Shown here one piece after another: positions 7,607-16,550 of a stretch of 36,077 bases of DNA; positions within the stretch are counted from its first letter, which is position 1, and each line of letters begins with the position of its first letter. A model generated the notes under the pieces. It did no database searches. It was not told the origin of the DNA and was given only the letters and a program-made list of their open reading frames with translations. Location of the stretch: positions 1-36,077 of the forward strand of contig QNBC01000002.1 in the NCBI GenBank assembly GCA_003641665.1, written 5' to 3'. The translations under genes and the position numbers were made by a program. This DNA is from a candidate division TA06 bacterium (GTDB lineage: Bacteria; Hydrothermota; 32-111; QNBC01).

Positions 7607-9513
7607 CTTAAAACGACAAACTTAAAGTAATTATTCGATTGATTATTGTTAAGTTTCAGAAAATAGAACCCTTGGATTAATTTTAATTGACCAATTTTAC
7701 CCTTAACGATTGTTCCTTTCGTAATCTCTCTTCCTGATAAATCAAAAATTGAATATGTGTACTTCTCCTGTCCGATTCCTTCAAAATATATATTTCCAGA
7801 TCTATAATGCATTCTAATTTCAGCTATTCTATTAACTATTATCGGGTTACTTACACCCCACGGCTTATAATTTACCGTTTTCAAAATCAATGAATCCGGA
7901 TCGAAAACAACACTAATAATACTGTCACTTGTATAAACGGAAAAAGTATCCGCTCTTAATGAATCGAAAAATTGAACAGTTGTATCGTTGTTATTGCTAT
8001 ATAGCCTGAAAGTAATCGGCATTTCAAATACATAGGGTGTATTAATCGATGTATCCTGATTCTGTATAACAGAAATTTCGGTCTTAAATTTACCCGATGA
8101 ATCACCTACCGATTTAAATGCAATCTCATACTCGGGATATCCGGCCTTATAAAGCCATTCGGTGAAAAACCAACTCAAATCCGAACCACACGTAGATTCG
8201 CATACATCTATGAAATCCTGCGATACTGCGGAAGAAAAGGCATACTGTTCCCTGTAATTAGCCAATATTTCCTTAAAAACGGAATTACCAACTACTCCTC
8301 TTAGCATATTCAATAGCCATGCTCCCTTTTCATAAACCGTCGCTCTCCACATGTATAGCGGATTGTATACAGTATATCTAACTGTAGAATCATCAATGAA
8401 ATAGTAATGTTTAAAATCACTCATCCTCTTCTGAAATGCGGAGTCACCATATTCATACTGATGATACATAGCATCGCTATATGTGGCGAATCCTTCATTC
8501 AACCATATATCTTTCCATGTACCACAAGTAACAAGGTCACCCCACCATTGATGAGCAAGCTCGTGGGCAAAAACATAATCGTAATCGTGATTACCCGTAA
8601 TCATCCTGTAGCTAATACTCGTGATTGTTTGATGTTCCATACTGGGCCGCCAGGTAAATTCCGCCATTCCGTATTTTTCTTCTGCAAAGGGATATTTACC
8701 AAAGTAACTATTGTAAAAATCAAGCATACGGGGAATATTGGAAAAATCAATCCGCGCTTTGTTGTAATCCTCCGGGTAAACATAGTAGATAAGAGGGATT
8801 GAATCACCGTCATTAAAATAATACATCTCTGCAAAATTAGAGTAATTTGTTACAGCAATTGATATAAGATACGGAGCTATGGGATATTGTTCATTCCAAT
8901 AATATGTTGCACGGCCGGAATGATATTTCACGGAATCAAGTACACCATTGGAAACTGCAAATAGGGTATCGGGTGCCGTTACGGTAACATGGCTGATTAC
9001 TTTATCATACGGAACATCTTTCAACGGAAACCATGATTTGGCACCTGTAGGTTCGGAAAGTGTAGAAACTATTTCCGAACCCGAATGAAAAGCAAAAGAA
9101 AGTCCCGAATCGGAAACGGATGAGGGATCTCCGTGATAGTAAATATTGAAATTTAACGTTTCATCTTCCGTATAAGATGAATCAAAATATAATTTTAACT
9201 TACCGTTCTCGTGCGTAAACGACAGGTTAGGACCGACAATCGAATCCACCGTCATCTCCTCTGCAAAATCCAAATAGAGACTATCAAACGGTGATTCTTG
9301 TGTAACTATCGCTATATCGTTTTCACCGAAGATCAACTGTTCCTGAAAATAGATATCTATCTTAATATTGTAAGATTGAGCATCATAATTATAACTGTCC
9401 AACTGAGGCGGACTTCGAAAATCTCTGCCATTAAAAAATATCGAATAGGGATCCGCATACACAATACCGTTAATTATTGCGAAAAAGGCAATAATTAAAA
9501 TAATTTTTTTCAT
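7603..9513 (-). CDS. Secreted M1-family zinc aminopeptidase with a T9SS C-terminal sorting domain.
   Basis: It has a signal peptide (MKKIILIIAFFAIINGIVYA), the gluzincin site HELAHQWWGD followed 18 residues later by WLNEGFATY, and a C-terminal beta-sandwich tail of about 80 aa ending GFYFLKLNNNQSNNYFKFVVLR. Confidence 0.85.
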   Translation of the reverse strand: MKKIILIIAFFAIINGIVYADPYSIFFNGRDFRSPPQLDSYNYDAQSYNIKIDIYFQEQLIFGENDIAIVTQESPFDSLYLDFAEEMTVDSIVGPNLSFTHENGKLKLYFDSSYTEDETLNFNIYYHGDPSSVSDSGLSFAFHSGSEIVSTLSEPTGAKSWFPLKDVPYDKVISHVTVTAPDTLFAVSNGVLDSVKYHSGRATYYWNEQYPIAPYLISIAVTNYSNFAEMYYFNDGDSIPLIYYVYPEDYNKARIDFSNIPRMLDFYNSYFGKYPFAEEKYGMAEFTWRPSMEHQTITSISYRMITGNHDYDYVFAHELAHQWWGDLVTCGTWKDIWLNEGFATYSDAMYHQYEYGDSAFQKRMSDFKHYYFIDDSTVRYTVYNPLYMWRATVYEKGAWLLNMLRGVVGNSVFKEILANYREQYAFSSAVSQDFIDVCESTCGSDLSWFFTEWLYKAGYPEYEIAFKSVGDSSGKFKTEISVIQNQDTSINTPYVFEMPITFRLYSNNNDTTVQFFDSLRADTFSVYTSDSIISVVFDPDSLILKTVNYKPWGVSNPIIVNRIAEIRMHYRSGNIYFEGIGQEKYTYSIFDLSGREITKGTIVKGKIGQLKLIQGFYFLKLNNNQSNNYFKFVVLR

Positions 9514-9514
9514 T

Positions 9515-10198
9515 TTAATTCAACTTGAAATTGCTCAGTGAGAGCTTCATGCTGCCAAAACTCTGTTTGGCATTTACAATAACCGGTAAATGAAGAGAAT
9601 CGTTGCTTATGTAAGCATCAAGTATGTCGGGAATAGATTTTACATGAATTACCGGTAATTTATGTTTCTTCCCGTTTATATTTACCTTTAATGTATCCGA
9701 TCCGACTACTTTCAATTTGAACTCACCCTGTAAAAGCCCGAATTCCTTTCCGTCGAGGGAGTCGAATGGAATTGACATCAGGAAAAAAGGCAATGTGAGA
9801 ACATCCTGGACCTTCTCCTTCCGCCTGAATATATTGGAATCCAACGATTCTCCCTTCCATTGGTAAAATTTTGCAAGTTTTTCTTTTTGATAAAAGAGCG
9901 CTTTACCATGGGATTTTTTCCCAAACGTGTTGTTCCAGGTTAATATTTTAACGGGAACCAGATCTGTAGTATCCAGAAAAAGAAGTGCCTTTATACTGAT
10001 TTTCGATGAAATCTTTGTGCTGTAATTTATGCAATACACTGGATTCCCGTTTACTTCGGAAACCGAATCGACCCTACATCTTGTTTTTCCTCTGAAAAAC
10101 GTATATTTCACATTAAAAACAAGACTATCACCCAAGGAAATAGCATTCAAAGGCAATACGGATAGAAATAAGACAAAATAAAACAATATCTTCTTCAT
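9515..10198 (-). CDS. Secreted hypothetical protein (DUF3108-like in general appearance).
   Basis: The ATG at 10198 gives a classic signal peptide (MKKILFYFVLFLSVLPLNA). The ORF-track start at 10294 would run through the predicted promoter. No catalytic motif is recognisable. Confidence 0.5.
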   Translation of the reverse strand: MKKILFYFVLFLSVLPLNAISLGDSLVFNVKYTFFRGKTRCRVDSVSEVNGNPVYCINYSTKISSKISIKALLFLDTTDLVPVKILTWNNTFGKKSHGKALFYQKEKLAKFYQWKGESLDSNIFRRKEKVQDVLTLPFFLMSIPFDSLDGKEFGLLQGEFKLKVVGSDTLKVNINGKKHKLPVIHVKSIPDILDAYISNDSLHLPVIVNAKQSFGSMKLSLSNFKLN

Positions 10199-10204
10199 AA
10201 ATAT

Positions 10205-10234
10205 AATATAAACCAAAACTACGTCTTTTGTCAA
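10205..10234 (-). promoter_or_regulatory. Sigma70-type promoter for the minus-strand array, placing the transcription start at or next to the ATG.
   Basis: On the minus strand: TTGACA (10234-10229), an 18-nt spacer, TATATT (10210-10205), 6 nt, then the ATG at 10198. There is no Shine-Dalgarno sequence. Confidence 0.45.
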
Positions 10235-10330
10235 ACTCTTATTTTTTAAACCAAAATCAGCTATTTTTCGTGCAGATATAAACACAAGAATCATGGGTGT
10301 TTTAATTTAAACACTCTGACTTAAATTTCC

Positions 10331-10358
10331 TTGACAAAGTTAGTTTAAAATGTATACT
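10331..10358 (+). promoter_or_regulatory. Sigma70-type promoter of the 9.7-kb kinase/redox operon.
   Basis: TTGACA (10331-10336), a 16-nt spacer, TATACT (10353-10358). A strong Shine-Dalgarno sequence AGGAGGAGG lies at 10384-10392, ahead of the ATG at 10397. Confidence 0.55.
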
Positions 10359-10396
10359 AAAATTGATTAATAACTAACTTATTAGGAGGAGGACAT

Positions 10397-11116
10397 ATGG
10401 CAAAAAGAAAAGTTCTAATCATGGGTGCAGCAGGGAGAGATTTTCACAATTTTAACACGTTTTTCAGAGATAATGAAGAGTATGAAGTTGTTGCATTCAC
10501 AGCTACTCAAATACCCGATATTGATGGGAGAAAATATCCTACCGAACTGGCAGGTTCCCTCTATCCTGATGGTATACCTATTTATGACGAAAAAGATCTT
10601 CCCGAACTCATTAAAAAGTTCGATATAGATCTCGTTGTGTTCGCATATAGCGATGTTCCCTACAATTACGTAATGGACAAAGGTTCAATAGTAAATGCCG
10701 CCGGTGCCGATTTTATGTTCTTAGGACCCAAGGCGACTCAGATTAAATCGACAAAACCGGTAATTTCCATTTGCGCAATAAGAACAGGTTGTGGAAAGAG
10801 TCAAACAACAAGAAGAGTATCCGATATTCTCAAATCAAAGGGCTTTAAACTTGCGGCGATTCGTCATCCAATGCCCTATGGCGATTTGACAAAGCAAATT
10901 GCCGAAAGATTCGCAACATACGATGATCTTGACAAATACGAATGCACTATTGAAGAAAGAGAGGAATACGAACCGCATATTGATAGAGGAACCATTGTAT
11001 ATGCCGGTGTAGATTATGAAAAGATAATCAGACAGGCGGAACAAGAAGCCGATATCATACTTTGGGACGGTGGGAATAATGATTTTCATTCTACAAATCC
11101 GATCTCCACATCGTAG
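10397..11116 (+). CDS. COG2403-family P-loop protein (cyclic 2,3-diphosphoglycerate synthetase-like / predicted GTPase), N-terminal part before a frameshift.
   Basis: It has a Rossmann-like N-terminus (KVLIMGAAGRDFHNFN) and a Walker A motif (RTGCGKSQT). The family-like sequence ends at ...ILWDGGNNDF and then continues in another frame. Confidence 0.7.
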   Translation: MAKRKVLIMGAAGRDFHNFNTFFRDNEEYEVVAFTATQIPDIDGRKYPTELAGSLYPDGIPIYDEKDLPELIKKFDIDLVVFAYSDVPYNYVMDKGSIVNAAGADFMFLGPKATQIKSTKPVISICAIRTGCGKSQTTRRVSDILKSKGFKLAAIRHPMPYGDLTKQIAERFATYDDLDKYECTIEEREEYEPHIDRGTIVYAGVDYEKIIRQAEQEADIILWDGGNNDFHSTNPISTS

Positions 11117-11145
11117 TTGTTGATCCGCTGAGACCCAACCACGAG

Positions 11146-11727
11146 ATGACCTATTATCCCGGTGAAGTCAACTTTAGATCAGCAGATGTCATTGTAATTA
11201 ACAAAATCGATTCAGCAAGCCCTGAAGATATTGAAACGGTTCGACACAACATTGAAAAGGCAAATCCCAATGCAATCGTTGTAGATGCCGCTTCACCAAT
11301 AACGGTTGATGATCCTTCCGTTATTAAAGGCAAGAGAGTTCTCATCATCGAAGACGGCCCCACACTTACTCACGGCGGAATGAAAATCGGTGCAGGATAT
11401 GTTGCGGCAAAGAAATTCGGAGCGGCGGAAATTACCGATCCCAAACCTTATGCAGTCGGTACAATAGCCGATACATACAAAAAATATCCCGATACGGGCA
11501 TAATTCTACCTGCAATGGGATACAGCGAACAGCAAATTAAAGACCTCGAAAAAACCATCGAAAATGTTCCCTGCGATGCTGTTGTTATTGGTACCCCAAT
11601 AGATCTCAAAAGAGTTGCAAAAATCGACAAACCTTCAACAAGGGTAAGATATGAACTCGATGAGATAGGGAAACCGGATCTCGAAGATATAATCACAGAC
11701 TTTTTGAAAAGAAAAAATCTTGTATAG
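11146..11727 (+). CDS. COG2403-family P-loop protein, C-terminal part after the frameshift.
   Basis: This frame is open from 11083 (FSFYKSDLHIVVVDPLRPNHE...), upstream of the first ATG at 11146. It contains the NKxD-like motif VINKID. Joined, the two parts give about 443 aa, the usual size for this family. Confidence 0.7.
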   Translation: MTYYPGEVNFRSADVIVINKIDSASPEDIETVRHNIEKANPNAIVVDAASPITVDDPSVIKGKRVLIIEDGPTLTHGGMKIGAGYVAAKKFGAAEITDPKPYAVGTIADTYKKYPDTGIILPAMGYSEQQIKDLEKTIENVPCDAVVIGTPIDLKRVAKIDKPSTRVRYELDEIGKPDLEDIITDFLKRKNLV

Positions 11728-11730
11728 ACT

Positions 11731-12669
11731 ATGAATAATATCGCAGTTGTGGCATTGGGTGGAAATGCTCTGATTAAAAAGGGACAAAAAGGCGATATAC
11801 ATGAACAATTCGCAAACACGAGAAGCAGTCTCAATGCTATAATTCATCTTATAAGAAAAGATTTTAAGGTTGTCATTACGCACGGTAACGGTCCACAAGC
11901 CGGACACGAGCTAATAAAAAACGAAATGGCAGAGGGGGTTGTCCCTCCTCTGCCATTAGGCGTTATAGATGCATCCACTCAGGGATGGATCGGTTATATG
12001 ATAGAACAATCATTACAGAATAAATTACTTTTGGAAAGAATAGACAAGGATGTTGTAACAATAGTTACCCAGGTTCTTGTTGACAAGGACGACCCATCCA
12101 TAACCAACCCGACAAAACCGGTAGGTCCCTTTTACAAGGAAGAGGATCTGCCCAAGTTAAAAGGGAAAGGTTGGGTGATTAAAGAAGATGCGGGCAGAGG
12201 TTACAGAAGAGTTGTCCCCTCCCCCATACCTCTCGGAATTATTGAGAGTAAAATAATTAAAAAGATAATTGATTCAGGAACAATTGTAATAGCTGCCGGA
12301 GGTGGTGGCATACCTGTTTACAAGCAAGAGGATGGAACCCTTGAAGGTTTTGATTCCGTAATCGATAAGGACAGGGCATCGGCAGTTCTTGCTCTGGAAA
12401 TCGGAGCGGATACATTTATAATTCTGACAGGTGTGGATAAAGTTTCTTTGAATTTCAATAAACCCAACCAGGTTGATTTGGATTACATGACTGTTACAGA
12501 GGCACGAAAATATTACGAAGAAGGACATTTTGCAAAGGGAAGTATGGCGCCTAAAATCGAAGCGGCAATTAACTTTCTCCAAAACGGAGGTAAAAGAGTA
12601 ATCATTAGTTCTATCGAAAACGGAGCAAATGCCATAGAGGGAAAAACAGGAACACTGATTACTCCATAG
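11731..12669 (+). CDS. arcC: Carbamate kinase.
   Basis: The N-terminus VVALGGNAL, plus ITHGNGPQ, IAAGGGGIPV, DKDRASA and GSMAPKIEAA, are typical of the carbamate kinase branch of the amino-acid kinase fold. Confidence 0.9.
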   Translation: MNNIAVVALGGNALIKKGQKGDIHEQFANTRSSLNAIIHLIRKDFKVVITHGNGPQAGHELIKNEMAEGVVPPLPLGVIDASTQGWIGYMIEQSLQNKLLLERIDKDVVTIVTQVLVDKDDPSITNPTKPVGPFYKEEDLPKLKGKGWVIKEDAGRGYRRVVPSPIPLGIIESKIIKKIIDSGTIVIAAGGGGIPVYKQEDGTLEGFDSVIDKDRASAVLALEIGADTFIILTGVDKVSLNFNKPNQVDLDYMTVTEARKYYEEGHFAKGSMAPKIEAAINFLQNGGKRVIISSIENGANAIEGKTGTLITP

Positions 12670-12670
12670 G

Positions 12671-13081
12671 ATGAAAGAAAAAACATTTTGTCTCATAAAG
12701 CCCGATGCTTTTGAAAGAAACATTGTCGGTAAAATTCTTGACATTATAGAAGCGCATGGTTTTCAGTTCGTAGCCATGCGCTTTTTGCATTTATCCGAAA
12801 CAGAAGCCGAGCAGTTTTACATTATTCATAAAGATAAGGATTTCTACCATGGGTTGTGCAAATATATGTCAGAAGGTCCTGTCTTATGCATGGTTCTTGA
12901 AAAAGAAAATGCCATTGCCGATCTGAGAAAACTCATGGGAGTAACGGATCCTGACAAAGCGGAAAAGGGAACAATTCGCAATGAGTTCGGGATTGACATT
13001 CGTCACAACTCTATCCACGGCTCAGATTCTCCCGAGAGCGTAAAAAGAGAAATAACTTTCTTTTTTAAAGGAGTTATATGA
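12671..13081 (+). CDS. ndk: Nucleoside-diphosphate kinase.
   Basis: It has TFCLIKPDAFERN, GTIRNEFG and the active-site NSIHGSDS. The stop overlaps the ackA start (ATGA). Confidence 0.92.
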   Translation: MKEKTFCLIKPDAFERNIVGKILDIIEAHGFQFVAMRFLHLSETEAEQFYIIHKDKDFYHGLCKYMSEGPVLCMVLEKENAIADLRKLMGVTDPDKAEKGTIRNEFGIDIRHNSIHGSDSPESVKREITFFFKGVI

Positions 13082-14283
13082 AAATACTTATTATTAATTC
13101 CGGAAGTTCATCGGTAAAATACCAATTAATCAATACATCCACAAATAATGTTTTGTGCAAAGGCTTGATTGAAAAAATAGGGGAGGATGAATCATTCATT
13201 CATCACAATTTCGGAAAAAAGATTTATGAAAATAAAGAAGTCGTAACAAATCACAGTGATGCTTTTAAACGTATGATAACACTCCTAATGGATCATACTT
13301 ACGGCCCCATACATTCGCTAAAAGATATTGATGCCGTCGGACATAGAGTCGTTCACGGGGGGGAAAAATACTCGGAATCCGTTTTAATTGACGAGGATGT
13401 AATAAACGAGATAAGAAACAATGCGAAATTAGCTCCGCTTCACAATCCACCTAACCTAAAAGGTATTTTATCATCGATACAAATGATGCCGGATGTCCCT
13501 CAGGTTGCCGTATTTGATACCTCATTTCATCAGACGATACCTGCACATGCTTATACGTACGGATTGCCATACGACTTTTATAAGAATTACGGGATAAGAC
13601 GTTATGGTTTTCACGGAACAAGTCACAAGTATGTTGCCATGAAAGCAGCGGAATTTTTAAATAAACCCGTTGAGAACACAAACCTTATTACCTGCCATCT
13701 CGGTAATGGTGCAAGCATTACGGCAATCAAAAATGGAAAATCCTATGATACATCAATGGGTTTCACTCCTGTCGAGGGCTTACTAATGGGTACGCGTTCG
13801 GGGGATATTGACCCTGCTATACTAATCTATCTGGAAAACGACCTTAATTATTCCATGCCTCAAGTTAACAATATAATCAATAAAAATAGCGGGCTTCTTG
13901 GCATTTCGGGATACAGTAACGATATGAGGAAAATTGTTAAAAAATCGGAAGAGGGAGATTACAGGGCTAAACTGGCTTTCGACATCTTTTGCTACCGAGT
14001 AAAGAAGTACATAGGGGCATATATGTTTGCAATCGGTACCGTGGATGCTATTGTTTTTACTGCCGGGATCGGGGAAAACTGCATACCGGTAAGGGAATCA
14101 TCCGTAAAAGGATTAGAAGAATTCGGGATTATAATAGATAAAAACAAAAATAGAAATCTTGAGAAAGGTAAAATGGAAGATATATCTGCGTTTAACTCTA
14201 AAATAAGAATACTCGTAATTCCCACCAACGAAGAGTTAATGATTGCAAAAGAGACAGAAACAATTGTTAAAAACTTAAAATAA
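13078..14283 (+). CDS. ackA: Acetate kinase.
   Basis: It has MKILIINSGSSSVKYQL, GHRVVHGG, FDTSFHQT, YGFHGTSH and IPTNEELMIA. Confidence 0.92.
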   Translation: MKILIINSGSSSVKYQLINTSTNNVLCKGLIEKIGEDESFIHHNFGKKIYENKEVVTNHSDAFKRMITLLMDHTYGPIHSLKDIDAVGHRVVHGGEKYSESVLIDEDVINEIRNNAKLAPLHNPPNLKGILSSIQMMPDVPQVAVFDTSFHQTIPAHAYTYGLPYDFYKNYGIRRYGFHGTSHKYVAMKAAEFLNKPVENTNLITCHLGNGASITAIKNGKSYDTSMGFTPVEGLLMGTRSGDIDPAILIYLENDLNYSMPQVNNIINKNSGLLGISGYSNDMRKIVKKSEEGDYRAKLAFDIFCYRVKKYIGAYMFAIGTVDAIVFTAGIGENCIPVRESSVKGLEEFGIIIDKNKNRNLEKGKMEDISAFNSKIRILVIPTNEELMIAKETETIVKNLK

Positions 14284-14292
14284 GGTGAGTTT

Positions 14293-14751
14293 ATGGATAC
14301 TAAAAACGCTTTATCTGTTGAAGAAATCATTCAAAAACACTCAAATGAAAAAGGGACATTAATCCCAATTTTGCAGGAAATACAAGAGAGTTTCGGCTAC
14401 ATCTCCAAGGATGCTATTGAAACGATATCACGACTCACAAATTACGCTGAGAGTGATATTTACGGTGTTGCAACATTTTATTCTCAATTCAAACTTGAAG
14501 AACCGGGGTTGCACAACATCAAGATCTGCCAGGGCACAGCATGTCATGTAAACGGTGCAGATACAGTTAAGGATGTGATTTTTGAAGAACTAAAACTAAT
14601 TGATTATGGGACTACCGATGATAAAAAATTCACCGTTGAACATGTTGCCTGTCTCGGTTGTTGCAGTCTTGCACCAGTTATGATGATTGACGGAGTAGTT
14701 TACGGCAAACTGACCCCCGATAAAATCAGAAAAATATTAAAATCATTCTAA
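14293..14751 (+). CDS. nuoE: NuoE/HydC-like [2Fe-2S] thioredoxin-fold subunit.
   Basis: The Cys pattern is CQGTACHV ... CLGCCSLAP. At 152 aa it sits directly upstream of a NuoF-like gene. Confidence 0.85.
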   Translation: MDTKNALSVEEIIQKHSNEKGTLIPILQEIQESFGYISKDAIETISRLTNYAESDIYGVATFYSQFKLEEPGLHNIKICQGTACHVNGADTVKDVIFEELKLIDYGTTDDKKFTVEHVACLGCCSLAPVMMIDGVVYGKLTPDKIRKILKSF

Positions 14752-14763
14752 CGGGAGAAGATT

Positions 14764-16545
14764 ATGGGTAAATACAAGATTACTGTCGGAATGGGATCAT
14801 GCGGAATTGCTGCTGGTGCTAAACCCGTTTACGATAAGTTGAATAAATTGATACTGGAAAAAAATCATCCGGAAATCACATTGGAAGAAACGGGTTGTGT
14901 CGGAATGTGTTACAAGGAACCACTCGTTGAAGTTATCGATACGGAAACTGGACAAAAAACACTCTACGGTGGTGTAACACCGGAAAAGGTCGAAAAGATA
15001 TTCACAGAACATATTGAAAATAACTCTGTAATCAGAGATTGGGTGGTGAAATCGTCGAAAAAGGACGGTAGTGAAGAAAATCTCTTCGACAAGCAGTATC
15101 GTATCGTTTTATCTAGAACCGGAATAATTAATCCCGAAAGTATACAAGATTACTTAAATAGTAATGGTTATGAAGCTTTGAAAAAAGTCATGAATTCAAT
15201 GTCTCAAACTGATGTTATTGAAGAGATAAAAAAATCCGGTCTTAGAGGCAGAGGCGGAGCGGGATTTCCTACGGGTTTAAAATGGGAATTTGCGAACAAA
15301 GCAAAGGGAGACAAGAAATATATGGTTTGCAATGCTGATGAAGGCGATCCCGGAGCATTTATGGATCGTTCCGTTCTTGAGGGAGATCCACATTCCGTTA
15401 TTGAAGGAATGGTCATTGGTGCTTATGCCATAGGTGCCAATGAAGGTTTTATTTATTGTAGAGCTGAATATCCCCTTGCCATCAAACGACTCAATATTGC
15501 CATTGAACAAGCCGAAAAAGAGGGATATCTCGGTAACAATATATTGGGTACTGATTTTTCCTTTCATTTAAGTATAAAACAGGGAGCCGGTGCTTTTGTA
15601 TGTGGTGAAGAAACGGCTTTAATCGCATCGATAGAGGGAAAAAGAGGTATGCCCCGAATTCGCCCCCCCTTCCCCGCTCAATCGGGAATTTGGGGAAAAC
15701 CGACTAATATAAACAATGTGGAGACATTAGCTAATATCGCCTGGATTATACGGAACGGTGCGGATAAATTTGCCTCCCTCGGTACTGAAAAGAGTAAAGG
15801 GACAAAGGTTTTTTCCCTATCCGGTAAGGTGAAACGAACAGGACTAATTGAAGTACCTATGGGAATTACACTGCGAGAAATCATTTTCGATATTGCAGGT
15901 GGGATAAAGGAGGATAAAAAGTTTAAAGCGGTTCAAGTGGGAGGTCCGAGTGGCGGATGCATCCCCGAATCACTACTCGATACACCTGTGGATTACGATT
16001 CTCTTAGTGCAACCGGAGCTATAATGGGATCCGGTGGAATGGTGGTAATGGACGAAGATACATGTATGGTATCCGTTGCAAAATATTTCCTTAATTTTAC
16101 TCAGAATGAATCATGCGGGAAATGTACATTCTGTAGAGTGGGAACAAAACGAATGTATGAAACGCTTGACAGAATAACCGAAGGGAAGGGTGTACCCGAA
16201 GATCTCGACAAACTCGAAGAGTTAGCTTATATGACGAAAGAATCTTCTCTATGTGGTTTGGGGCAAACTGCTCCCAATCCTGTTCTTACCACTCTTAAAT
16301 ATTTTAGAGATGAATATAAGGCACATATAATAGACAAAAAATGTCCTGCAAAGGAATGCAAAGCACTGATAAAATATGAGATAGATCCCGATAAATGTAA
16401 GTCTTGTAGTATTTGCGCAAGGAACTGTCCTGTAAACGCTATATCCGGAGAAAAAGGTATTCCCTATGTTATCGATCAATCTGCATGTATAAAATGCGGG
16501 AATTGCCTTAGAGTTTGCCCGTTCGGCGCTGTTGAAGTTAAATAG
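14764..16545 (+). CDS. nuoF: NuoF/HydB-like NAD(H)- and FMN-binding subunit with extra Fe-S domains.
   Basis: It has the FMN/NADH motifs GRGGAGFPTGLKW and NADEGDPGAF and the N3 cluster motif ESCGKCTFCR. An N-terminal thioredoxin-like Cys domain (GSCGIAAG...CVGMCYKEP) and a C-terminal 2x[4Fe-4S] ferredoxin (CKSCSICARNCP / CIKCGNCLRVCP) are added. Confidence 0.88.
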   Translation: MGKYKITVGMGSCGIAAGAKPVYDKLNKLILEKNHPEITLEETGCVGMCYKEPLVEVIDTETGQKTLYGGVTPEKVEKIFTEHIENNSVIRDWVVKSSKKDGSEENLFDKQYRIVLSRTGIINPESIQDYLNSNGYEALKKVMNSMSQTDVIEEIKKSGLRGRGGAGFPTGLKWEFANKAKGDKKYMVCNADEGDPGAFMDRSVLEGDPHSVIEGMVIGAYAIGANEGFIYCRAEYPLAIKRLNIAIEQAEKEGYLGNNILGTDFSFHLSIKQGAGAFVCGEETALIASIEGKRGMPRIRPPFPAQSGIWGKPTNINNVETLANIAWIIRNGADKFASLGTEKSKGTKVFSLSGKVKRTGLIEVPMGITLREIIFDIAGGIKEDKKFKAVQVGGPSGGCIPESLLDTPVDYDSLSATGAIMGSGGMVVMDEDTCMVSVAKYFLNFTQNESCGKCTFCRVGTKRMYETLDRITEGKGVPEDLDKLEELAYMTKESSLCGLGQTAPNPVLTTLKYFRDEYKAHIIDKKCPAKECKALIKYEIDPDKCKSCSICARNCPVNAISGEKGIPYVIDQSACIKCGNCLRVCPFGAVEVK

Positions 16546-16550
16546 GAGGT

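Noticed and set aside
11081-11090. Programmed ribosomal frameshifting at the T-run in the COG2403 gene.
   Set aside because: I could see no X_XXY_YYZ slippery heptamer, no internal Shine-Dalgarno-like stimulator and no downstream hairpin or pseudoknot. A homopolymer indel is the simpler explanation.
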